Counted from the whole stretch's first letter, positions 41,990 through 55,920 are shown. The stretch: DNA of 63,694 nucleotides, filler included, from Platydemus manokwari (GCA_037951405.1; 6 parts of 6 records of this genome joined end to end with filler, not necessarily neighbours in it); one strand, 5' to 3'. Notes: a model not told the origin generated them from the letters alone. Numbers and translations are program-made.

Positions 41990-42155
41990 TGCTAATTTAG
42001 AAGTGGCCAACCCTCCACATGAGCAAAGCGTAAATGGATGATAAAACTTAAATAACAAATTTAATTTACAATCAGTGTAAATTCACAAGCTTAACCTGTG
42101 TCGGCAAAGGTTTATCTTGAAGCTCACGCGAAGTGGGCTGGCCTCCTCAAAGCAA
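41990..42155 (-). ncRNA. Candidate structured RNA element A downstream of the DDX5/17 coding region (family unknown)
   Basis: Arms 42122-42148 and 42000-42024 form 19 Watson-Crick plus 5 G-U pairs on the minus strand and enclose two hairpins (42086-42119, 42063-42083). Confidence 0.6.
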
Positions 42156-42159
42156 TTTC

Positions 42160-43441
<1,282 letters not shown>

Positions 43442-43589
43442 TTTAAAAAATTGTTATTGTAAATTGAAAGCTCAACAAATAATTAAATTAAAACATTCAA
43501 AGAAATTATTAAATTATATGTATTCTAATGTTTTATTATATAATAAATAATTGTTATCAATAAAAACAAGCAAAATTTATAAGTGTAAT

Positions 43590-44410
43590 TTTAGGGGGTA
43601 GAATTTTTTTTAAGTGTAATTTTAAAAGGAAAATAAAATTACACCTTATAATTAAAATTTAACCGAATAATTTTATCCAATATAATTATTTAATAGAGAT
43701 GTTAAATGTTCTCTATAGACGGTCAAATTAAGAGTCTATAGTTTAAATTTTAAAATCTTTGACTATTTCAAGACCTACATCAACCAACATTTTTAAATGT
43801 TTAAGTTTATATATCAACAGATATTTTGATATCATTCCTGTTAGGCTTGGTGGCAATGATGTAATCTGTCAATTCGATTAAAGCATGTTTTGCCATAAAC
43901 AAAAATACCATCGAGGTAGAGTTCCTAATGACCGAATTTCTGGGCTTATAATTGTGGAAACGTCATATGTACCTGCTAAAGGATATATGAAAGTGGTCCT
44001 AAATAGATAAGCTGCTATTTTATAGCCTGTTATTCAAGAACCAGTGCTTTCAGGATCCATTACTCATAGGGATGAATTGAAGGCCTATAATAACCTTGAA
44101 GTTTTGAGATATGATCACTATACCGATAATTATTCAGTTAACTTTGTGGAACCACTTACAGGTGTTCACACTCAAAACATAGAATCTTATTTTGCTAAAA
44201 ATTAAAAAAAAGATGTAAAACAATGTATCAAATAGGAATTTTTACAGGATTATTTAAACTAATGTACGTGGAGAGATAACGATAAAAAAGAGAGTTTTGA
44301 AAGTACTTTAGAATTAATAAGATAATTTTATCCTTAAAAATTGTTTATTCCTTGAAATTGTGTATTTTTATTTTTTAGTATTATTGTTGTTGGGGGAGCA
44401 GAATTCTTAC
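43590..44410 (+). mobile_element. Merlin (IS1595-like) transposase remnant
   Basis: ~43843-44205 reads RLGGNDVICQFD*SMFCHKQKYHRGR...VLNR*AAIL*PVIQ...GSITHRDELKAYNNL...HYTDNYSVNFVEPLTGVHTQNIESYF, the Merlin DDE pattern with stops. Outer bounds approximate. Confidence 0.88.
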
Positions 44411-45639
44411 AAGATCCAAGTTTATATTAGAAAACGTAAGTAAGAGCTCAAAATTTTTCTTAATTTCATTTTTTATTTTATGATATTTTTAGTGATTAAC
44501 TAAACTAATCATGCAAACACATAACAAAATCTTAAACAAATTAATAGTTATATTGAGTATATTAGAACTTGAATTTTTTCTGAATTCACTTACATTCTTA
44601 TTTAACCATACAATCCTGCATGTCGACCGATCAGAATTGGGTTTAAGCGGGATTTGACAAAACATATTCTTACAGAACTGCACAAGCATAGAGATTGACC
44701 AATTATTGTTTGCTTAAATTAGAAAACCCAATAAAAGTGTCAAAAACTTAGACATCGTATGAAATTCGATTATTCAATTCTCAACCAAGTCTTTAATTAT
44801 GAATACAGCAATAATCATGCTTTATGCCAAAGTAAAGTAAATATAGTCATTATAAAACCATTGAATATTATTGTGAAGATTAAGTCAGTGAAAGTATAAA
44901 GTGAGTTTTGTAGTATTACTATGAAAAACTTATCATGCTTTTTTACTTTTGATTAATACCACTTGAAATAACAAAAATATTAGTCAACATTGAGCAAATA
45001 GTAGTCACTTTTGTGCAGATTTTTTAATTATAAAATGTTACTAAATCTTTAACATGTTTATTAATCTAATGTTGAGGTTATGTTTCTTTTATTCAAATCC
45101 TGGTATGAGTTCTGTTCTACCGATTGAAGCGCGATGCAAATCCAGTAAATTAAAGTATTATAATCAAGATAAATTAATAATAAAAAAACAAAGATTATTT
45201 CAATATTTTTTATTTGAATTTACTACAAATACACAAAAATCATATGAGCTAATAATACAGAAATCTAATTTAAATCATTTCTCTTTCAAAATTTCAATTC
45301 AATCAAAATTAATTAATTTTTCATGGACTCAAAATTACAATTTTACAAAGGCACGCAATGAAGGAAGGCTCTGATAACAAACATCCTTTGTGTTGAAAAT
45401 ATAGATTTTCAATTTTATAGATTTTATGTAAATATGAATGCTCAACTTTTAAATTTTTTACCCTTTAAAGCCGTTAAATTTTCTTTATTTTTTTAAAAGT
45501 TTTTCAAGAATTCAGCTCAGTAAAATTCAATAATTGGGGTATCGAATTTCTTCGGTATTTATTTTGTAAATTTCCGTCAGAATTATTTTTGTGAACGAAT
45601 TTTCTAATTTTCCTATCTCTCATATACTGGTTTCCATTA

Positions 45640-46225
45640 TGGATTATGAATAATTATTTTTGTTTATTGTTTTCTTTTTTCTTATTGGATTTTAAATTTA
45701 ATTTTATAAATCCGCCTACATTAATAATTTCAATTCATTTTTCGTCCAAATTATTAATTTAAATATCCTTATTGCCCAAAGTAATTTGATTATGCCCACA
45801 TTTATTTTTCATAATTTATATCTTGCCCACATTTTTACATTTTATTATAAATTTATTCATTCTTATAATTATTAAAAATATAATTTTGCTATCATAGATT
45901 TTCATTATAGTTATTCAATAAATTTTATACATCAAATTTTTTTTACATATTCAACAATGTAATTATAAAAAAATATCGACATATTCAAAAATAAATTATA
46001 CAAATTTCATGAAAAATGGTCACAAAAATTACAAAGTCACATCATCAATTTCCACTTTCCACTCGGATTGGGGCTTTTGTAGACTTTGATTGGTGGATTT
46101 GGTTTGGGATTGGTAGATTGAAGACTGGAATTGAGAAGATTATCCAGCTCGTTGAGACATTTGAAAAACTGAAGACATGGAGAACTGTTGTGATTTAAAT
46201 TATATCATTGATCCAGCTGTGTAAC
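45640..46225 (+). repeat. Dispersed repeat, direct copy of ~49640-50090
   Basis: Collinear shared blocks ggattatgaataat, ataaatccg.c.aca..ttaataa, attgagaagatt, atcca.ctgt. Confidence 0.6.
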
Positions 46226-47296
46226 ACTAACATTACTCATTATTAAAAAATAACTGAAAAAATTAAAGCATCTATCAATTTGCTTCTTACAGTAAAAAAT
46301 GATATCCACTAATTTTCAATAAATTGCAATTTTACTACTTTGACCCAATTTCAAATTATAAAATTTGATTTATTTTTCATCTCGATCACTGCACTCTTAT
46401 AAAGATAAGGTGCAAGAAGTATGAATATTTAGTGTATATATTTTTATGATGTTGTTGTTTATTCTGATTTATGGAGTTTTTATTGAGTTTTAGTACGTTT
46501 TAGTGAAGTACAGATTGCAACCCTCAATTGAATCCCATCACACATGATCACTAGTCCAAACGTTATTTGGGTTAGGGTGCTTGATCTGGACATCGTCATC
46601 TAATCTCTGCTTGACTCCTCAGTTCAAAACATTTTAAAACCGACAAAGAGTAACTATACGGACTGGGGATTATTATAAATATTAAAATATAATATTTATT
46701 ATTCTCGTTGTCAAGGTAAAGCGAATATTGGTTATTATCATAATGATTTACAAATAAAGTTATAAATCACATCAATTAAGAAATTTATAATAATGTTTTT
46801 TTCTTTGATTTCCTAATCACGATAAAACCTGATAAATATGCTAAATTTGCGTAGACCGATCACAATTTGTCAGTTTAACAGAATATATAATGAATGAAGC
46901 GACTAACACTATAAATAAATTGAATACTTTATTATATTTATTTCTTAAGTAAAAAAACCTTTTGAGTCGATTAGCATGCTTGAAATTGTGAGGTGAAAAA
47001 TACGAAACTTTGAAATTGTTATTTTTATCAAAAGCAATTATTCTATTAAATTTTATATTATTAATATGACAAACAAATTAAATCTGCTTATTAAATAAAT
47101 AATTTATCATTCTTAATTTTCATATAATCTTTAAAATCTCTTTCCAAATTATTTTAAACATTTGAATAATATGATATTTTGAAATTATTATTGTGTTTAT
47201 GAAGACAATTTAAAATGGTTTAATTTCATTGGATGGTCCAATAACAAAGAAAATTATAAATGCACTTGATAGAATAATACTAACAATTTTTTAAAT

Positions 47297-48127
47297 ATGA
47301 AAACTGAGATTTGTGCTCCAAACTATATCAACATAAAAAATGAACCATTGATCTGGAAGTATAGATTTCTTCATCATTTATAAAATAACCCTATTCCTTT
47401 AGAAATAACTTAGAGCAGTTCATAGAGAAGGCTGAACAGGATGAAGTGGAGTTACTAAATTATGGAAATAACACTTTCAGTCTTAGAACAGTCATTTACG
47501 AAGATCTTAGAAACAATGACATATATTCTCATCTATTTATGGATAATCCAAGAACCTACCCATCAGGAAATTTGAATTATGGAGTGAATAAAAATCTTTT
47601 GGGTTCTGAATTAAGAAATATAAAATTAAATGAAAGTGCTTTTAAAAAATATACGACAATGAATGGTGTAAGCTCTTCGAATAATGTATTTGAATACGCA
47701 ATCAATGATTCAAATGTTATGATTCAAACTTCTAGCAACAATAACAACAAATCGATTCATAAGAATAAACCATTGAATAAGAAAGCGGTAAGAATTATGG
47801 AAAAGTGGTATATTAACCACATAGATTATCCTTACCCGAAAGTTAAACAAAAGGAAAAACTTGCCATGAAAGGATCGATATCAATTGCCCAAGTGAAATA
47901 CTTGATACAAATAATATGTTAATGATAAATTTCAATTTTAGGTTAATTCATGGTTTGCTAATCGGCGTAATAGAAGTGATAACACCAAACCAAAAAAGAA
48001 TCGAAAATGCTTAGAGACCCAACTGATGCTTTATGCTAAAGAACTGGAATCACAAAGTTACGGAAGCTTAAAAGGGTCTTCGATTTCAAATAAATTATCA
48101 AAAATTCTAAATCAATATCAAAATTAA
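47297..48127 (+). CDS. TALE-class homeobox protein, spiralian-specific (SPILE-like) type; exons 47297-47358, 47403-47892, 47942-48127
   Basis: GT-AG introns of 44 and 49 nt give homeodomain KPLNKKAVRIMEKWYINHIDYPYPKVKQKEKLAMKGSISIAQVNSWFANRRNRSDNTKPK (PYP loop, Ala50). Confidence 0.9.
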
Positions 48128-50329
48128 ATCTGGCCAGTAACAACTACTAAATTTTGATCAATTTTCGATTTGTATTTCAACTCTTTCACCTTTGCTCGTG
48201 ATAATTATGATTTAACTTAAAACGAAAATAATGTTTAATAAATTGTCAAATTTCTTTTGCTATTAAATTATTAGTGATTCTAATTTATATTTATAATTGA
48301 AATTATATATTTTCTAATTATTTTCATATTCAAATTATTCAACAGGTACATGAGGTTCTTTAGAATTCTATGCCCAATATACCAATGCAATATCAAAACA
48401 TCGAAATCGTAAAAATTAATGATATTAGAAATAACCATTATAGATATATTAAAGAACAAAACAGTAACAATTCATAAAATTATGAATAGTATTTGTAAAC
48501 ACTAAAATAACATCTCAAGTTTTTCTAAAACACTAATATTCAAATACGAATAATAAACATTGATCAACTAACAATATTTTTTAGTAACCAATGCTGGATT
48601 ATTTCAAAAGTAATAACACACAATACAATTTAAATAATGATATACTGTTTCTTTTAGCTAAAAACTATGCAAAACAAAATGAGATAAAATGATTTAAAAA
48701 TATTTCTTCATCTAGTAAAACAAAATTTATATAGCCATTAAATTTGTTTGCTTGTATATATAAATACTTATATGATGGCGCTTTATAATAATAAATTGTA
48801 TTTGAAATTATTTATTTTCGATAAGTGGATGAAAGAAATTTTATACTTTTCAAATATTAAAATTCTTGTTTTATCAATTAGTTAAACTGGACATATATGT
48901 TATTATGAAAAGATATTTTTAATTAAAAACAATTCAAATTGTTTAATTTATAAGAAAACTGAAAAGAAGAAAATATTATAATGAATTCTATAAATAATAT
49001 CAAAATTCTCTTTACATAAGTTATAAAAAATATTTTAGGAGATTAGCACTTTCAAGCATTTAACAAACTGATTGTTTCACAGTGTTAAAAAAGGTCCGTA
49101 AAAATCTTTCAAGTTTGTCTTGATGGTTCTATTTGTTACTGTCATACCTAATGTGAGTTATATGCTGTCATTTGAAACGCAATGTGAATTATAAATAATA
49201 AATGACAAATACTTAATCAATACTTGTTACTTTCAGGTTTATAACAATGTAGACATTAATTGAATATAAATCACTTTATAAATTATATTTAAAATATCCC
49301 AACCAAGCAAACTTAATTTAATAATCAAATAAAGTCAATGTATATCAAACACCAACACCAAGGAAAGATAGTTCGAAGAGGAAAAGTTCAATTATCGAAC
49401 CTCAGTATTTTTGATATAATAAATGTTAAAATATAATGGATTTTAATATATTTATTCAGCAAAGCTTAAATGTAATTTTTTTCTTATCTTTTTTGATAAT
49501 AAATTTCAATAAAGAGCAAAAATGAACTACAAGCTTTTTGAATAATAAGTCTTTAAGTCTTCTAAAATTACTCATTCAAAATAATTTCTGAAGTATTTTT
49601 ATAATTTACTAAATGCTTTCATATTATTTTTCCCAATGAGGATTATGAATAATCAATTTTATTATTATATTTTCGCCCATTAGATTACAAAAATTTTAAT
49701 TTTATTATTCATCATAAATCCGTCCACAGTATTAATAAAATTAATTTTCCTCTTACATAGATTTTATAAAATTTATAATATTAATGATATTTTTCAATAA
49801 AACTGTCCCAAATAATAATTTTTTTTACATTTATATTTTACAATGATGTTTTCGATAAAATTTTTCACAAATAATAAAATTTACATTATTATTTCTTATC
49901 AATAACAAGTAATAAAAATTTTTCAGTTTATAAAAATCAATTTCAATAAAAGATGGAATTCGAGAGCAACTGCTGATAACCTGAACATTGAGAAGATTGA
50001 CCTTTGTTGTCTATCAATTGCTGATAATTTGAAGATCAGGAAGAAAATAGAGAAAATTGATGTTGAGATTTTTTATGCATCCACCTGTAAAAGGTTGGCC
50101 TAAGAATAAACATTTTTAAAAAGTTTAAACATGAAGGTAATTTAATTTGGAGGATTCAAAATCCATTTGAAACTATTTTGAACTATATTAGTGTGTTTTA
50201 AACGAAGACCATTGGAAAACTTATATAGACTATTGAATCAACAGAAATGAACGGCCATATGTTGGGATTATTATAATTCACGATAATTGTCAAAACGTTA
50301 TTGTAAGTCTACGAGACATACTTTTGGGC

Positions 50330-50810
50330 TCCACTTCTGAACAACTGAATAATAATTGACTCCAAAAATCGAAGGCTATGAACTTTATTTCTAATCTACA
50401 TAGTAATCAGTACGACTCACAAAATAACATAGATACAATCAAACTAATATTCGTACTACTCGAAAACATAACTAAAACCGTGCTTCCAACTGACAGTTGA
50501 CCATCTTTACATCAATATTTATATTCGAGATCTGTCTGTAATTTGTGTGCCATGTTTTCATTACATATAGAGTTGATCTTAACTTTTCCATGTTCTTATT
50601 GAGCTTACTAGCTTTTGCATTGGTGGGATTGGTCAATCCCTACGTGCGTGTCGTGTGGCTATGTCCCTTTTTCCAATTGTCATTTACCATATAACTGCAC
50701 TGTGATTGGTTGGTTGCTATACCTATATGGTTGTGTAGGTATGCAAATGTTTAAAGTGCTTAAACAAGGACTCTAAGGTGCATATTCGTTTTTCTTTTGC
50801 AGAATTTCAT
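50330..50810 (+). repeat. Dispersed repeat / decayed coding family, copy 1 (copy 2 inverted at ~55500-55920, partial copy 3 at ~57150-57310)
   Basis: Blocks such as attggtcaatcccta, gtgtggctatgtccctttttccaatt, tgtgtaggtatg and ttaaagtgcttaaaca are present as reverse complements at 55540-55700. Confidence 0.85.
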
Positions 50811-51286
50811 CTCACTCAACAGTACTACAAGAGGCAATCTAAAACATTGAGTACAGCAAATAACTGTTTATTTGGATCAATGTTTAATGCATTAAAGTTC
50901 TTCATGCTATTGTTAAATCAAGAAAATCATAACTTAAACAGTCTAATGAAGAAATTTGGACTCAAACATAGAATATGACCAAGGCATACAATAATCTCCT
51001 TGCTTGGTATTTATGCTCAGGATTAATTCTCAATTAAAGTTATTCAACTAAGCAAAAATACTTAAAATAAATTTATTATCTGAAAAATCAATAATAAAAT
51101 CAATAAATAAAAATGCGAAGCAATTGCAATTATTTATTAATGTAAATTTAATGGTAGAAAATCTTTAGAGTAAAAATATGCATAACCAATTTATTGGTGT
51201 CATAGCAACATTTAATAATCTATAATCAATAATAATCATCATCATTAAAACACTGACATCAAATTGGTACAAATATATGCTACAAA

Positions 51287-52233
51287 TTATTCTGCTTTTC
51301 TTTTTAATTGCCCGAACAATAATGCCGAATCCATTACTCGATAAACCACCCAAACGGCTACTAAAGGTGCTGCCCAATAAACCAGTAAATGATCGATGAG
51401 ATTCGAATTGCTGCACCACAATGTCTGGGCAGAAGCATTGACAGGATTTACAAACATACCCGTCAGATCGACACCTGGAACGAAGAGATGAAATAATACA
51501 CAGTGATTGGTGGAAATTACTGACCAATAGCAATCCAGGACAAGCTCATTGCATTATTCAATGCAAAAACAAATTTCGATGTCAAACCACTGTGACTTTT
51601 ATTGAGAAAATATTTTCTCATAAAATTTTCCGAAAAAACGGCACCAAATTCGAGAAGACAGCCAATTGAGATCGAAACGAGGAGATTATTACATTGAACA
51701 TTGGTGAATTTCAATTTATGCCACTCTGTCCAGCCCATATCACACCAAACACGGTTATATTGATGAGCAATGTAACCTCCAATTATTTGGAAAATAATCG
51801 ATAATGCACTCAATATAAAATTAAAATCCCCAATGAGATACCTTAATGAAAATTTGTTTGAAAATAATTTTCTTTTAAAACAATAACTTTAAGGCGCTGT
51901 TACAAGGCGTTCCTGCAGTCATAGTTGGAATTATGACAGACAGAATCTGTGAAAATAAAAATATGACGAATAAAAAACAAGAGTCCCCAAAGTATTTTCT
52001 AATAAATCCATTTTCCATACTGCATGCAACGATAGCGAAAGATGATATCATTTCGCAGGTTAAAAGTTTAAAAAGAGATTCACCCTGAAATTTTCGATTT
52101 ACTTTCTTTAGAGAACAGAAGAATAAATTACCTTTTGTAAATGCAAAACCTGAATGACAATATATGCGATTAGACATGTAAAAGTCCAATACAAAACTGA
52201 TGGAAAGTAAATGGAATTAACAATCTCAAACAT
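51287..52233 (-). CDS. Unorthodox aquaporin (AQP11/AQP12-like superaquaporin), 267 aa; exons 52233-52132, 52084-51888, 51841-51525, 51474-51287
   Basis: GT-AG introns of 47, 46 and 50 nt give 804 nt in frame: ...CEMISSFAIVACSMEN...AGTPC...FQIIGGYIA...GCLLEFGA...GVDLTGMFVNPVNASAQTLWC...HLLVYWAAPLVA. The NPx-x8-C signature of superaquaporins is present. The last exon is in a frame missed by the ORF track. Confidence 0.92.
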
Positions 52234-52371
52234 TTAATCTAAAAACAGATATATAGTAAATACAAATTTAGGTATTTAATTAATTAAAGTATTTTTATAA
52301 TAAACAGTAATATAAAAAAAAATTAAAACTACTAAATATATCAAATGAAGGTCGATTTTTTCTTAACAGAA

Positions 52372-52471
52372 NNNNNNNNNNNNNNNNNNNNNNNNNNNNN
52401 NNNNNNNNNNNNNNNTTAATTAATTAANNNNNNNNNNNNNNNNNNNNNNNNNNNNNNNNNNNNNNNNNNNN
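52372..52471. other. Artificial contig-joining linker
   Basis: N44-TTAATTAATTAA-N44. Confidence 0.97.
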
Positions 52472-55400
52472 GTGTTTCTATTTAATTATTTAAGTGTCTG
52501 TAGGATTCATAATATTCATTTGGTCAAAATCATCTTCAATCCTATTCATCACCAATTTGGAATAGTTCGGTGTTGCTGTAAATTAATCAGGACAAATGAA
52601 AATAACCAGAGAAGTAGTGAGACGATTGAAGAGGTAGATGAAGAATTAAATCCACATTTTATCCATTATCTACGTCCCACTATTAATCTCTATATAAGTT
52701 GTTGAACGTCGAGAAGAAGGAAGATGTTAACTTAGTACATGAGAATCGAAAAGAACTCAACGGGATGATATAAGTCGTAGCAAGTGAGGATCGATATTGT
52801 AATTAAATAGAAATAATTAAAATAAAAAACCAACGACCTCAAAACGTAACAAATAAATACTTTTATTTTTAAATAAATAATATTAATGATATAGTTTAAT
52901 AAATTCCTTGGCTTTTTGTTATCCCAAAATATATTGAGTCTTTCAAGCTGAAAATGCTCGACAAACATAATCATAACTAATTTTAAAATGAAATGTTATA
53001 TTTTTTCAAATTTTTCTACCAATAAGATAACATTGAACTAGACATAATTCATGAATCAAATAGTTTAACAGGAACTCATTTGTGGATCAATTGACAATAT
53101 AAATCAATTCTGTGACGTACACGTCTCAATTCCGTTGTTTTGATAAAAAAATATTTATAATAATAATGTTATTATTATTATTGTCGTTATTATTAATATT
53201 ATTATTAACCTTGATATTATCAATGATTCGAATAATGTAACAGTCTAAATATAAAATTAAATAATCGAATTTTGTTAAAACCAAAGAAAAAGTAAAACTC
53301 GAGCAATCATAAGAGACCTTGAAAGAGTAAGATTTGTGTTTTATCTTTAGAACTTTCTTTTCGTTAATCAATTTTTGGGTTCAGCAAGTTAGCTGTATTT
53401 CCGTTGTAGATTTATGCAATAACCTGAATTATCAAGACATCAAGAATAGTTTGGATCCATAAATGACCCCACCGCATGTATGAGGATTAAATGAAATTAA
53501 TTTATATGCAAAATTTTGCCATGTGATCGATTTTTAATTTACTATTTTTAAACTAAGGGTCAAAAAAGTTTCTCTAAGGAAATACAGCCTGAGTTAGAAT
53601 ATTAATTTATTGGTACAGCTTCCTCTGGGAAAAAACAATTTATGAGCAGTTGTATATATCAGATGATTCCAAGGAAGATTAATATGACTGCTTTTTGTTA
53701 TAGTGAGCCCGGCTAATAAAAATATAAATATAAATAAAATAATAAAAATAAGAATAAAATAATATAAATAAAAATAAAATACTAGAATATAAAATAAAAT
53801 AATGTTTCATTAAAATAAGCTATTGTTCTGATTTGTGATAACGGAAGTAACAACAGTTATAGATCATTGCGAAATTGTCAAAAAATCGGCACTAATGCAG
53901 ATCAAAGTAATAAATTAGTAAAGTTGGTGAGAATTTGGACTCTGGAAATTTCTAGAGATTGTGAATATATACAAGTAATTCGACTGACTTAGAGACAGAA
54001 AACATCGATTTATTAAAATTTATGAGAATTTGACATACAAAAATAAGATTGATTGGTTTGCTGCACATTGCAATAAATAAACCAATATAAATACCTTGAC
54101 AATCTGATTAAGATTGCATTCGTAGAATTTTGTGATTAGACAGGATAACCGGTTTCCTGGCCTGATCAAGAAGAAAAAATTATCGAGTAGAACTTCCTGA
54201 AGACAACCAAGAAGAGCTGTTTAAGATGAAAACGAGTTCCAGTGGATTGTTGTAACGAAAAAGATTACGGGTTATCTATGCTATTGATTATTATTTGCTA
54301 TAAGACAATCATGATAGCGTTTCTGTATTCCGATAATTTAGATATTACCACAATAAAATGGGAAAGTAAAAGTATTTGCAATCACCGGTAACACTTATTC
54401 GTATCTCGATCCTTGACCAGTATTTCAATTTAAGGGATCGGACCTTGTGATTAAATCTTGTACATTGAGAGGATTTCATTTATTGAGAGAGTGTAACATC
54501 ACATCCATCTTATTGATGAACTTATTAGTGTTTTGGAGTCAAATTAATAAGTTAATGACTATTGTTGTGCTCTACACCAACTAATCCAACATAATTAATC
54601 TCAAATATATCTGAATGTATCAAATTTGGATCAACCTCGACAACTATTAGTTTTAAATTGAATATTTTTACAATTTTTAGTTCTGTTTGATTTAACTCTT
54701 CAATGTTGAAAATTGACTTTCAACGAATCAACAGTTCTCAGCTCTGTAGCATGTTTTTAATTCCTTGATGCAAGGATTTTGTAATATTTATCAGACTAAA
54801 TAATTATTGGGTTTTAAAAAAAACATTTCTATCTCCAAAAATTTGTATCTTTTCAAAATCAATATTCGAAATTATAATCGAAAAATAAAAATAATTATGG
54901 AACATATAAACATCTATGAAACTTACTGAAATTGTCCATGTTTGAAAGTGATGGACGTATTTGTTTATTAAGTATGTACGCATGATCTTGAAAAACGATT
55001 CATTGATATGGTTGAAGTTGATTTTTGAATTCCGTTTTATTATTATGTCCATATAGTTTCATACAAATTAAATTTTCTTCTTAAAATTGTGAGATTATTT
55101 GATGTTTCAGTTGGTATATTAATATGGGCAGAAAGATCTTAATTGAAATTTTTGATTTTTCATGAGATATAAAATCTTGAATTGTATTGAAATCGATAAT
55201 ACAAATTCCACATTTCTTTCGGCCATTTTTATTGATTATTTTTTTCAATATTTTTTTCAAATTATTATTATGTTTTATTCAAATTATTATTATGTTTTAT
55301 TTTGAATTTTTTGTTATAATTTTTTATTATAATTTTTTATTTTATTCTTTTATTTTATGGTTGCAGTAAATATTATGTTCGGGATGCCGTGGCATATTTT

Positions 55401-55499
55401 CAATTTGATTTTTTATATACTTTTATTAATTTTATAGTATGAAGGAGCGAGTAAAATGAGTCATTGAACAAGTATTAAATATATTGTTGAGGGAGATGC

Positions 55500-55920
55500 A
55501 TTTCTGCTAAAGAGAAACGGATTTCCACCCTGGTATCCGTGTTTAAGCACTTTAATCATTTACATACCTACACAGCCATACAGGCATAGCATCAACCAAC
55601 CACAGCGGAGTTGAATAGTAAAGGATAATTGGAAAAAGGGACATAGCCACACAACAACACACAGATAGGGATTGACCAATTCCATTCATGCAAAAACTAA
55701 TAAGCCCAATAGCGACATGGAAAAGCAAAGATCTCGAATATAAATATCAATGTAAAGAACTCAGTTAGAATTTGGGTTTTGGTTATGTTCGTGAGAAGTA
55801 CGAATATTAGTTTGAGTGTATTTATGTATTTGATAACTCGTACTGATTGGTACACAGTTTGAAAATAAAGTTATAGCCTTCTAGTTTTTGGAGTCAGTGG
55901 TTATTCAATTGTTTAGAAGT
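55500..55920 (-). repeat. Copy 2 of the repeat family at 50330-50810
   Basis: Collinear reverse-complement similarity over ~420 nt. Confidence 0.85.

Noticed and set aside
51165-51533. 122-aa Cys-containing ORF
   Set aside because: Wrong frame of the last aquaporin exon plus intron and UTR.
53126-55369. Short N/I/F-rich ORFs
   Set aside because: Low-complexity AT-rich or decayed retroelement sequence, with no motifs or splice-supported structure.
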